From NCBI GenBank assembly GCA_003990765.1, contig RBNJ01000266.1, positions 1 to 34,826 on the forward strand: 34,826 bases of DNA, read 5' to 3'. The notes beneath the pieces are model-generated. The model made no database searches, had not been told where the DNA came from, and worked only from the letters and a program-made list of their open reading frames with translations. This stretch comes from Jimgerdemannia flammicorona (lineage: Eukaryota). Below, piece after piece: positions 8,593 to 21,509 of the stretch. The translations under genes and the position numbers were made by a program. Each line of letters starts with the position of its first letter. The first letter of the stretch is position 1.

Positions 8593-11166
8593 AAGCTTTG
8601 AACTTCTTGTATAGGACTATTGAAGATAGATAGGCTCAGATTTTTTATTAGTGGGATCTGTTTGACTAAGACAGTAATGGTTGCTACCATTATGGCTATC
8701 TGGACTATGAGGTCCAGAATCTGTTGATTTGTTATGTTATTTACTAGAGACAGTTGGACTACTAGTAGTAGTGTTATTGGTACTTCTTAGTACTGGTGCA
8801 AAGTGTGATAGTGTTCTTTGGGTCTGTGAAGTTGCTGGAGGGTCTGGAGTAAGGGCTCAATAGATAGCTGTCTGTTGTTGTATAGATGTGTTTTGTCCTA
8901 ATAGAGGTGTATCTTCTTTAGTAGTATATCCAGGATTGAATTCACTGAGATACTCCTCCTCTTCTTGGCTTTGATCTCTGTATAGTTGGGTTTGCTCAGT
9001 GTTAAAGTAGATAGAATCAGTTGTATATCAGATTTCATATAGGTTTAATTCAAAATCTGGTTCTAGTTCAGTATTGATTTCAGTTTCTAATAGAGTTATA
9101 GCTGGGCCTGCTTCTGATTTGGGGTCAGATTGTTGACAAAGGGTTTCTCTTACTTCTTCTTTGAGAATATGGCAGGTCTTGCAATTCTGAATGTAGTAGT
9201 ATAAGGCAGTCTTGGTCCTGGTATAGTAAAAGTCAGTAGAGTTGAGTCACTTGGCTATAGAGACTTAGGCTTTGTGAGGAACTAAGGCTAGAAAGATGAC
9301 TGCTGATTGTCCTAGGTTGCTTGAGTTTGTAGAGCTGACAAAACTCTTATTGAGAAGAGTAAAAAAGACTTCTATAAGACCTTCTTCATCTTGACTTATA
9401 GGGTGTAGAGCAAGGAGTTTAGTATATAGAGTCTTACTTATCTGCTTATTTAATTAGAGTACATCTTTTTTGAATGAAGTCTGTTCCACTTATTGCAGGT
9501 GTAGAGGTCAAATTGTTCTTATATATCAGGTTCAATTCTCTCCAGATTGTCAGATAGTTTGAAATAAATTCTGGTTCAGAGGTTGGGCTTTATACCAACT
9601 TATAGGAATTCTCATAAGGTTTATAGCAGGGTGAGAAAGTATCTTGAAGTGAAATTGGATTATAAACTGCTACTATCAAATTGTAAGAGAGTTACTTGTT
9701 AGGATAACCATTATATAGTTCTAAAAGAGTTTTTTGGAAGTTCTGGATATTCTGAAAGACTATTTTCTTAAGATAAATTTTATATGAAGTATATCCTCTA
9801 TACTTATTAATTTCAAGATTGGGTTAATATCTCAACCAAAGTCATTTTTCAGACTAGTTCTAGATGTTCAGGATTTTTTGTATTTCTGGAAGTTCAAGAA
9901 ACTAAGACCAGCTTAGTTGAATTGACATATCACTGCAGACAATACCCAATTAGGAAATTTTATGATATAGTTAGGAGTGGGACCTAATGGAGAGCAGATT
10001 TACTTAAAAGTGATTTGTGAGTTATTATATAGGTTTATTTACTATTTATGATATTTCTATACTAGGAGTAGTTATGAAGAGATATTATGAGGAAGTGTTC
10101 AGAAGTTATTGTATGTTCAGAATATTCAAGTCTGTTCAAGTCTGTTTTAAGTCTGAGATTCTGAAGTTGAGGGGGTATTTATACTAATAGAAAGCTATCT
10201 GGACTATGCTAAATATAGATATGGTACTTAGTGCCTTGCTGAGTCAGAATATAGTCATGTAGTATAAGTGTGAAGTGATATATCAAGAGATCATCTGACT
10301 ACTGAGTCAGTTTATAGTTACATCATATGAGACTTCTAATGACTACTAAGCTATCTATAGATTTAGATACTATCTGGGTAGTCTTCAATGACATCACTAT
10401 TGATGATATTATCTCTGATAAGGTCTGAGCAGTTTTCTGACTTCTGATATCATCAGTTTCAAAGATATTATCACCTCTGTCTCTTGCAAAATTAAAGCTA
10501 TCCTCAGTAGTGGTAGTTATACAAGAATAACAGGTCTTGATTCTCTTTTTTTTTTGGACTATTGGTGCATTTGCAAGGATTGACCATTCTTGTCAAGAGC
10601 AAGAACTCTCATTGTTGTGGCTGGGAGTTCAAACCTCTTGGATATGATATTTTCTATAATCTGAGATAATTTCTAGTAGTAATGTCTATTATGTAGATAG
10701 ATTTGAGATTGGTTTCAATAATATTTACTTTTTTGGGTTCAGATGAAACATCTATCATTCTCAAATGGCAGTGATACAGATAGAGCAAATGAAGTTATTC
10801 AAATGTGTTTTGCTTCTGCTAAGTAATAAGATCTTATATGGTTGCAGTATATCTTAATAAGTGCAGTTCATAAACCTTTGGCTGATGAGATAAGTTCTTC
10901 TCATTTCAGTTTGAGTTTGGTACTTCAGTTTCTCTTTATGATAGTATAGTATACTAAACTAGTTATAGAGGTTCAGAGTCAGTCTTATGGTTGTAGTACT
11001 TCTTTTGGTATTCTTATATCTCAGCAGTAAGTCCTCATGCTTGTTGGTATATTTTGTGTAATCAGGTGATCTCATCAGTAACTCGTTTTGTAATCTTACA
11101 TATAGTTTCTGAATTGGTTCTGAGGGTGATATGCAATTTTGGTGGCTTAGAGGTTATGTACTTATA
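8591..11166 (-). mobile_element. Gypsy copy B: variant 5' LTR plus 5' part of gag, interrupted by LINE-A
   Basis: 8591-10422 aligns to copy A ~4111-5970. ~11089-11166 aligns to the LTR 5' end. Confidence 0.9.
9963..11166 (-). repeat. Variant LTR of copy B (~1.2 kb) with a different U3 interior
   Basis: Both LTR ends are homologous to copy A; 10423-11088 shows no visible similarity to 5970-7200. Confidence 0.8.
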
Positions 11167-12658
11167 TATAGCCTGGTACCTCTCTACTTTATAGAAGTCC
11201 AATGGAATGCTCTGAACATGCTTAGCAAAGTTTACTGAATTGGACAAATCTCAAGCTATTATCAGATCAGTTGCCTCCTAGAAGACATAGTTGAACATTA
11301 CTATAATATAGATATTACTCAGATATCTCAATACTAGAAATTCATCACTCATAAATACTAAGAACTCTTTTATGAGTACAGTACCTTTATTCTCTATCTC
11401 TAAGTTACTACTGTTGAAATGGTTGCTACTCTGTTCTATGGCCAAATTGATGATATAATACCAGAACTCAACCATAAGTATATTAAGTATATTCAAACTA
11501 TAGTTAGAACCTTCTCACACTCTGATGACCATATCCTACAAATACTCTAAGTTAAATATATCATAAAGGATATCTATGATATAATCCAGTTCAATAATGA
11601 TAAAGTAGAAGATAACAATCCCTCTGATACTGATATGACCTCCAGCCAAGAATCTCTGCCAGCTCTGATCACTTCCCTAACTTTGCCAATGAACTTATAA
11701 TAATTCATAATCACCTATGAGACCTATTAAGATAATGATCACTAGTATAAGTATTAATCTATATTTATGCCTGATTACTTCAACTATAATGAGGAAACTG
11801 GAGAATATAACCTATACCTCCAGACAACCCTCAAGATTGAACCAACAACCTCACCTCTTGAGTATGAACAAAATTAACTACAGTTACTAGCTTATTACAA
11901 CTCTGCAACTTATAGTACTATTATCTATAGAAGGTATGCAGACAGTAAATCCAATGGAAGTGAAGATGATGTACCTCTCCTTCACCCACCAACTCTATAC
12001 TCAATATATGAGACAGATGATGCTATTCTGTAAGACAGTAATATGGTTCTAATATATTATTATCTGAGTGAACAGAGAAAAGTAATCTAAGAACCACTCT
12101 TCCTAGATAACTACTTCATCAGAGATAATATCATTGATAGTAATGTCATCAAAGACTACCCAGACAGTATCTAAATCTATAGATAGCTTAGCAGTCATTA
12201 GTATAGTTAGATTAGCCTTATATGATATAACTGTATACTGACTTAGCAGTCAAATAATCTCTTGATACATCAGTTCATACTTATACTATGTGACTGTATT
12301 CTGACTCAGCAAAGTACTAAGTGCTACATCCATATTTAGTATAGTCCAGATAGCCCCTCATTAATATAAATACCCCCTCTACTAGATCTCAGAATCTCAG
12401 ACTTAAATAGACTTGAATAGACTTGAATAGACTTGAACAGACTTGAACAGACTTGAATAAGCTTAAATAGACAAGAACAACTCCTGAATACTTCTCCACA
12501 ATATCCCTTTACACAACTATTTCTAGTATATCAATATCATGAATAGCAAATAAATCTATTTAATAATCCACAAACCACTCTTAAGTAAATCTGTACTCAG
12601 TTAGATCCCACTTCTAACCATATCATAAAATTTTCTATTGGATATTATTTGCAGTAAT

Positions 12659-15600
12659 ATGCCAATTCAACTAAGCTAGTCTTAGTTTCTTGAACTTTCT
12701 GAAATATGAAAAATCCTGAACATTCAGAATAAGTTCAAAAATGGACTTTGGTTGAGACATTAATCTGATCTTGAAATCAATAAGCATAGAAGATATATTC
12801 TATATGAAATTGATATTGACCTAAAGAAAATAGTTTTCCAGAATATCCAGAACTTCTAGAAAACTCTTCCAGAACTATGTAATGGTACTTTTATAAGCAA
12901 CTCTTTTATAACTTAGTAGTAGCAGTTTACAATCTAATTCTACTTCAAGATGCTTCCTCACTCTACTACAAACCTCAATAAGAATTTCTACAAGTTAATA
13001 TAAAGCCCAACCTCTAAACTGGAATTCATTTCAAACTATCTGACAATCTGGAGAGAATTGAATCTGATGTATAAGGACAATTTGACCTCCACACCTACAA
13101 CAAGTGAGACAGACTTTATCTACAAAAAGAAGTACTCTAATTAAATCAGCAGATAGGTAAAACTCTATATACCAAACTTCTTAGTCTACACCCTGGAAGT
13201 CAAGATAAATAAGGTCTTATAGAAGCCTTCTTTACTCTTCTCAATAAGAGTTTTATCAGCTCTACAAATCCAAGTGATCTAGGATAACCAGCAGCCATCT
13301 TTCTCACCTTAGTTCTTTATGAAGCCCAAGCCTCTATAGCCAAGTAGCTCAACTCTATCAACTATTACTATACCAGGACCAAGACTGTCTTATACTACTA
13401 TTTCCAAAATTGCAAGGCCTGCCATATTCTTAAAGAAGAAGTCAGAAAAACCCTTTATCAACAATCTAATTCTAAACCAGAAGTAGGCCCAGCTATTTGA
13501 AACTGGAATCAATACTGAACCAGAACTAGCTTTTGAATTAAGCTCATCTGAAATCTAATATACAACTGATACTATCTACTTTGATGCTGAACAAACCCAA
13601 CTATATTGGGACCAAAGTGAAGTAGAGAAGGAGTATCTCAGTAAATTCAATCCTAGATATACTACTGAAGAAGATACACCTCCATCAGGACAAAATATAT
13701 CTATAAAGCAACAGATAGTTATCTATTAAGCCCTTATACTAGACTCACAATAGTTACTCCAGCAACTTACATAGACTCAAAGAACACCATCACACTCTAT
13801 ACTAGTACCTCAAGTCATATCAGTAACTCTACTACCAGTAGTCTAAATGCCTCCAGTAAACAATATAGCAAACCAACAAAATCTAGACCTCATAGTCTAG
13901 ATAGCCATAATGGCAGCAACCATTACTGCTTTAGCTGAACAGACCTGACTAATAAATAATCCGAGCTTATCTACCTTCAATGATACTATACAGGAAGTCC
14001 AAAGCTTTATTAGTATAGTTGATATTAATTTCAAAGCCAACTAATGGACCAATGAGTAAGTTGCTGACAGCCTTCTAATGAACAATCAAGACCACACTCT
14101 AGAATAACTCTTTACTTCTACTATGGCCTATATTTGTTAAGTTGTTATATTCTTCTAAGTATCTGCTGAAGAATAGTGTTAAATCTTTTCTAAAAAACCT
14201 CTCACAAAGGATACCCAATCTGCAATTATTACCCAAAATATAGCAAATAATGCCCCTGGATATGGAGACTATTCTGTGGCCTCCAGACTCAAACAACTTA
14301 TAATTGCTCAATATCATAGTGAAACTTTGATTGCTAAATCCCAAGTTAAACTCTATAACTTCAAATTTGACATATATAATAAGGAGGAATTTGAAACCTT
14401 TTATATAAAATTCAAGATACTTCTAAATAGAATACATTACTAATGATGGACCATGAAATAGTACAAGAGCAGATCATTTATTTGATACACTACCTGAATG
14501 GCTTATAAGAAAAATCTGAGAACAAAGATGCCCAATTGGTTGTGATCACTAACAATAGTATCTGACAAGAATCAAGACTATAGTCAAATGAATTCTGACA
14601 ACTAGACTAATTCTGTCTTGAAGATAATTAAACAATAAGGAAAAACTTAGACAAATAAAGAAGAATCCAAACATGAAGTATCCCAAGCTCCCTCCACATC
14701 TACCTCTTAAATATTCTGAAATTCTGAATCTACTCAGCTATGTAAGTACCTTTAAGAAACTCACTGAAGGAGAAAGAAATGAACTTCAAAGAAGCAGAGC
14801 ATACTTCTATTGCCAAAAAACAGGACACATGACCAGTGCTTGCCCCAATCAAAAATTCCAAACAGCAAAATAAGTAACTGTTACTACTCTATATCACCTC
14901 AACAATCTAACTACTAAGATATTAGACTTTATCAAGTTAAGATCTACTGCTATAGCTCCAAGCAAAGAAAGTCAAAAGGTAGCTAGATATGATCTATATA
15001 CAGCTAAAGAAGCTATAGTTTTCAACTAAGAAGTCAAGCAAGTCTATATAATAATTAGTATTCAAATACCTGAAAGACATATTAGAAGGATATACTGTTA
15101 TAGTAACAGTAGTCTAGTATTAAAAGAACTCTCAGTAGAAGGAGGAATCATTGACAAAGATTATATAGGTGAATCATTATTCTCATCTGAAACCATAATA
15201 GGACACTATTTAAGATCTCTATTGGTTTTAGCATTGCTCAGATTCTATTTGAGAAAATTGAATCAACTCTGACAGTCAAGAAAGTCTCTGAACTACTGCC
15301 TACTATCCAAGGATCTAGAGGATTTGGCTTATCAAACAAGACCTCAGTCTACACTACTATAAATAAGGAAGAATAATTCTATAAGAAAATTGAAGATAGA
15401 TTTGTACAAAGTGGTCAATGTCTCTATAGTGTTGAAATGTACTCTTCTTAAATAATTGACAATTGCTTCTCTTATATCAATGAACTGGCCCAAAGGAGAA
15501 CCAATAGAAGGAAAGTATCTATAACTAAAATCACCACTATCAGATCAGACAAACTACTTATACTCCAAGCTTTTATCAATAGAGTACTTATCAAAATCAT

Positions 15601-18600
15601 AATAAACAGTAGTGCCTTAAGCAACTTTATCAATAAAGAAACAGCCAACAGACTCAAGGTTCTGACCACTCTAGTATAACAAACTCAAGCAGTTGCTACA
15701 GCTAATAGAATCTCATATATCATTAGCAAGGAAGTCTGCAACCTATTCTTCTGAATTGGTAACTATTAAGTATATGTTATACTTTAGATCATACAATGAA
15801 ATCATCCTATGGACCCCATGGTAAAAACAAGAGAACCCTATAATTAATTGAATAAACTATTCTCTGACCATTAAGAAAGGATGCCACAATATCAAACTGA
15901 AAGATTACAAAGACCCACTCAGTTCTAGTGACCCTGGCTTAAAGATCCTTACATCAATAAGCTACAACTTAAGAAACTAGCCAAGAAATGCTCTCTCTTT
16001 GCTATCTCCATTCAATCATCCAAAGGAGAACCCAAGAACCTCAAAGAAGACTTTTTCAAAGTTGATAGCTATGTTAGATTCTTACTTCAGAAATTCTAAG
16101 ATATATTCCCAAAGAAACTTCTAAAAGGCCTACCACCTAAACAAGTAGTAGACTATGCTATCAAGATCATTCCAGATGCTAAATTTGCCTTCAAGTCAAT
16201 CTACCACATATCTTCTAGAGAAATTGATATACTTAAGAAAGAAATTAATGAACTTCTAGAACAAGGATTTATTAGATCTAGTGTATTACTATACATATAG
16301 TGTACTAGTCCTCTTTGTTGTCAAGAAAGAAGGAGACCTATGAATATATATAGTCTACTGTGACCTCAATGAGCAAACTATCAAGCTACTATCCACTACT
16401 CCAAATTGATGAAATATTTGATCAACTTACCAACCTACAGTTTATGAGCTCTTTTGACTGATAAAATAGCTATTGACAAATTGCTATAAAAGAAGAAGAT
16501 ATCTACAAAACTGCCTTCTGAACCTGCTATAGATATTTTGAGTTTCTAGTTATGTCTTTTGGCTTAACTAATACTTCTACAACCTTCTAGACACTGATGA
16601 ATACTATCCTATACCTGTATCTAGACAAATTTGTAAATGTCTACATTGATGACATTCTAGTCTTCAGCAAAACCCTAGAGCTAGAGGTACATCTTGAATA
16701 CCATAAACTAGTACTATTGAAGCTTCATAAAAACTAACTCTTTTTCTCCTAAAGGAAATTCAATTCCTTGGATACATTGTTACTTCTAATGGAATCAAAG
16801 TAGACTCTAGCAATTAAGGAATAGCCCAGACCCAAGAAGTTGAAGAACCTCTAGTTATTCCTAGAACTAGTAAACTATTACTAGCAATTTATTGTCAACT
16901 TTACCAAGATTGCTATCACCCTTATTCAAATGACCAAGTATAGTAAGAAAGAAGAACAGCTCTGGACCACAAAATAAGAAAAAGATTTTAACAATTTTTA
17001 AATTGAAGACCTAAATAAGATATAGCCTTTTAAGTGCTGAAAAATACCTTAATAACTACTCCAGTACTTTAAATAGTAAATTCTGCCTTATTATATAAAG
17101 TTATTACTGATACCTCTGATCTAGCTCTTAGAGCAGTACTTATACAAGAAGGACACCCTGTGGCCTATTACTCCCACAAGTTCAATGATGCCGAAATTAA
17201 CTTTGTAACTCATGAGAAAGAGATGTTAGCCATTATAGACACTCTGATCAAATGATGACCATATTTAGAAGGAGTATACTTTACTATTTTAACAGACTAC
17301 AAATTATTAGTTAATATCAAGACTCAGGCTACTCTTTCTCAAAAGCAAGCCAGATGGATGAAAGTCCTCACCAACTTTGACTATAAAATCCAACATTGTC
17401 CTAGTAAGGAAAATATTGTTATCTATATAATTTCCAGACCACCAATCAAAAAAGTTATTCAAACTCTCACCTTGATTATTAACTCTATCATGGAATAAAT
17501 TATCACAGTATGTACTGATAATAAAGAAGCTCAAGTACTCTAAGAAATCCTGAGCAGTGACAATATTAATAAGTATATACAGTATCATCAATACCAACTA
17601 AAGGATAATATTATCTACTATAAGAATAGATTATATATTCCTAATAATTGAGATCTCTGAAGAACTATCCTATTTGAATATCATGATACCCCTATAGCCA
17701 GACATTTAGGATTTTATAAATATCATGAAGTTATTTCTTGAAACTTCTATTGATCTTATATAGCTGATCAGCTAAAGACCTATATTACTTCCTGTAATGC
17801 TTGCCAATATAATAAATCCTCAACACTAGCAAAACTTGGTCTACTTTACTCTATCTCAGTATCATTCACTAATTGGAAATAAATCTCTATAAACTTCATT
17901 GTACAACTACTCTAAACCAAGAATGAGAAAGATTCAATTGTTGTCTTCATGGACTATCTCAGCAAACAAGCTCATTTTGTACCAACTACTATTACTATAA
18001 CAGTACCAGATATAGCCATACTCTTGTTTGATAACATTTTCTACTATTATGGTCTTCTCAAGATCATTGTTAGTAATTAAGATCCAAAGTTTACCAGCTA
18101 CTTTTAGAAAGCCCTATATATATATCTTGAAATAAAACTTGTACTATCTACAGCCTTTTATCTCAAAACTAATAGCCAAACTAAAAGAATGAACTGAACT
18201 CTAGAATAATTGCTAAGGAACTATATTTCCTATAGACAAGATGATTGATATGAATACCTTACTACATTTGAGTTTGTCTACAATAACAATAAGTAAGCCT
18301 CTTCAAATGACCCCATTCTTTGTCAATATAGGACAAAACCCAAACACCTCTCTGATACTTATCAGAACTACTAATAAACCCTCTACTGTTAAAGCTATTG
18401 AAGAATTTATACTCTAAATATATCACTTAAGCCAGATTACAATTGAGAATTTATCTTGAGCTCTAGAATAATAGCCATAGTATACATATCACTAGTACTG
18501 CTAAGAAGAAACTTTTGATATTGGAGAAAAAGCCCTACTAGATATCTAAGAATACTGAGTCAATAACCTCAAGCATAGACTATTTACAAAGCTGAACAGT

Positions 18601-18922
18601 AAATTCATTGGACTATTCAAATTGATACTATCAGATAATATTAAGATTCACCCAGTCTTCAATGTTCAACATTTAAAGTAATATAATAAAAATAATGATA
18701 AGCTATTCTCAAACCAAACCACAGAATTACCTGTACCTATTATTATTAATAATCAAAAAGAATATAAAATTAAACAAATTCTTAACAAATGCAGCCACAA
18801 GAATCTTCCAGAATATCAACAAATGGAAAGGTTATCTGATCCATAATGTGATATAGAAACTCAAGACTAACCTCTAGAATGCCAACAATCTAGTTCAAGA
18901 ATATGATTTTTTAAACAACTGA
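12659..18922 (+). pseudogene. Decayed Gag-dUTPase-Pro-Pol-chromodomain of copy C
   Basis: ATG CCA ATT at 12659; knuckle remnant YFYCQKTGHMTSAC ~14800-14845; dUTPase ~14920-15330; YIDD ~16642-16653. Many stops and small deletions. Confidence 0.9.
18758..18907 (+). other. Integrase C-terminal chromodomain remnant
   Basis: Reads EYKIKQILNK...PEY..KWKGY...*K...NL.NA..LVQEY, matching EYEVE.IL...YLVKWKGY....TWEP..NL after reversing transitions. Confidence 0.85.
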
Positions 18923-19351
18923 AATCTGAACACTCTAGCACCTATTAGTCTATACTATATATTACTTCTCCCAAACATTAAGTACTCTTATAATTATTAT
19001 AAATGAAATCAAGAACTCAGTAAGTCAAGACAAAAGAATACCAACTCTATAGAAAAATAGCAAAACTGAAAGCCAACCTATTCTCTCTATACCACTGGTG
19101 GAAAATGAGGCATAGATATTTAAGAAGATTTCTTAGAGAAAATTCTCTAGCAGTGAATAAGGTCAGAATTACTTCCAGTATATAGTATTAAATACACAAC
19201 TCTTTAATATGTAAATCCAATATATTAGGCAACTATAGTATGAGTATACTACTTTCTGAAAAAAATAGATATTACTAAACTTTTGACCATCCAAATAATA
19301 TAACAACACTAGACCAAAATTAGGAGACCTCAATAAGGATGTCAAAAGCTA

Positions 19352-19364
19352 ATAAGGGGAGAGT
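19352..19364 (+). other. Polypurine tract
   Basis: ATAAGGGGAGAGT immediately before the 3' LTR start TATAAG (mutated TGTAAG). Confidence 0.85.
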
Positions 19365-21143
19365 TATAAGTATATAATCTCTAAGTCATCAAAATCACAT
19401 ATCACCCTTAGAACAAATCCAGAAATCATATATAAGATCATGAAGTGGAGTCAAACTAAAGTTATAGCATAAAGCTAAGTCAACTTAAAGTCATGAAAAA
19501 TAAGATTTACACAAACAGAATCTTATCAATCAGAACCAAATATATATATACTGAGTACTCAGATATATTGAAATAGAGAACTACAACAAACTGAACAAAT
19601 AATCACAACTCTTGAATATATATATAAACATGACCACTGAGATCTACAACTATATCCATACTGATATTTGGAATGCTATTGTCAACTGAACCACACCTCT
19701 CCTACCTATTATGAATATCCATAGTCTGATACCTCTCTACTTCATAGAAGCCCAATAGAATACTCTGAACATACTCAGTAAAGTCTACTGAATTGGACAA
19801 ATCTCAAGCTACTATCAGATTGACTGCCTTCTAAAAGACATGATTGAATACTACTATGATATAGATATTATCCAGATATCCTAATATCAGAAACTCATTA
19901 CTCATAAATACTGAGAACTCTTTTATGAGTATAGTACCTTTATTCTTTACTTTTGAGTTATTATTACTAAAATGGTTGCCACTCTATCTTATGGCCAAAT
20001 TGATGATATAGTATAAGAACTCAACTATAAGTATATCAAATATATTTAAACTACAGACAGAATCTTTCTGTATCCTAATGACTATATCTTACAAATACCT
20101 CAAGTCAGATATACTATGAAGGATATCTATGATATAATTCAGTTCAATAATGATGAAGCAAAGATAATAATCCCTCTGATACTGACATGACCTCTAGCCA
20201 AGGATCCCTGCCAGCCCTGATCACCTCTCCAACTTTGTCAATGAACTTACAACAGTTCATAACTACCTATAAGATATATTAGAATAATGACCACTGATAT
20301 AAGTACTAACCTACATTTATATCTAATTACTTCTACTATAATGAAGAAATCAGAGAACACAACCTGTACCTCCAGACAACTCTTGAGATTAAACCTACAA
20401 CTTCACCTCCTGAGTATGAATAAAACAGATTACAGTCACTAGCTTATTACAACTTTGTAACTTATAGTGCTGTTACTTATAGAAGATATGCAGACTGTAA
20501 ATCTAATAAAGTGAAGATAATGTACCTCTTCTTTGCCCACCAACTTCATATCTAGCATATAAGACAGATGGTACTATCCTATAGGATGATGACATAGTTC
20601 CAATATATTATTATCTGAGCAAATAGAGAGAAGTTATCTAAGAACCACTTTTTCTAGACAACTATTTCATTAGAGATGATATCATTAATGGTGATATCAT
20701 CAAAGACTACTCATATAATAATATCTAAATCTATAGATAGCTTAGTAGTTATTAGTATAGTTAAATTAGTTTTATATGATATAACTGTATACTGACTTAG
20801 CAGTCAAACAATCTCTTGATATATTAGTTAATACTTATATATACTATGTGACTGTATTCTGACTCAGCAAAGTACTAAGTGCTGCATCTATATTTAGTAT
20901 AGTCCAGCTAGCTTCTCATTAGTATAAATATCTCCTCTCTCAGATCTCAGGATCTTAGACTTAAATAAACTTGAATAGACTTGAACATATAAGAATAACT
21001 CCTGAATACTTTTCCACAATATCTCTTTACACAACTACTCCTAGTATAGTAATATTATGAATAGTGAATAAATCTATTTAATAATCTACAAACTACTCTC
21101 TAGTAAATCTGCACCCCATTAGATCTCATTCTTAATTATATTA
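19365..21143 (+). repeat. 3' LTR of copy C, with the decayed U3 ORF at 19630-~20728
   Basis: Colinear with the reverse complement of 5504-7295; ATG ACC ACT GAG ATC TAC at 19630. Confidence 0.88.
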
Positions 21144-21423
21144 CAAAATTTTCTAATTGGGTATTGTCTACATTAATATACCAATTCAACTAAGCTAGTC
21201 TTAGTTTCTTGAACTTTCTGAAATATCAAAAATTCTGAACATCTAGAACAAGTTTGAAAAAGGACTTTAGTTGAGACATCAATCTGATCTTGAAATCAAT
21301 AAGTATAGAGGATATACTCTATATAAAATTGATCTTGACCTAAAGAAAACAGTCTTTCAGAATATCCAGAACTTCCAGAAAACTCTTCCAGAACTATATA
21401 TGTAATAGTCAATTCTCTTACAG
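21144..21423 (+). mobile_element. Start of a further Gypsy internal region directly after the 3' LTR (truncated tandem unit)
   Basis: Aligns to 12626-~12910 (leader and first gag codons). Confidence 0.85.
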
Positions 21424-21509
21424 AGTATATAGTATACCATCTCTTTAATATATCTTTTTTTTTTTTTTTTTTTTTTTATAGTCACTTGGACTCTGCCATT
21501 TATTACCTG

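Larger units (their letters stand above)
11167..21143 (+). mobile_element. Gypsy copy C: near full-length, heavily mutated chromovirus; 5' LTR interrupted by copy B
   Basis: Partial 5' LTR 11167-12625, decayed gag-pol colinear with copy A, PPT, and 3' LTR 19365-21143. Confidence 0.93.

Noticed and set aside
12401..12470. Short repeat arrays (here and 30297-30371) as CRISPR
   Set aside because: Contiguous tandem units without unique spacers, no cas genes, eukaryotic context.
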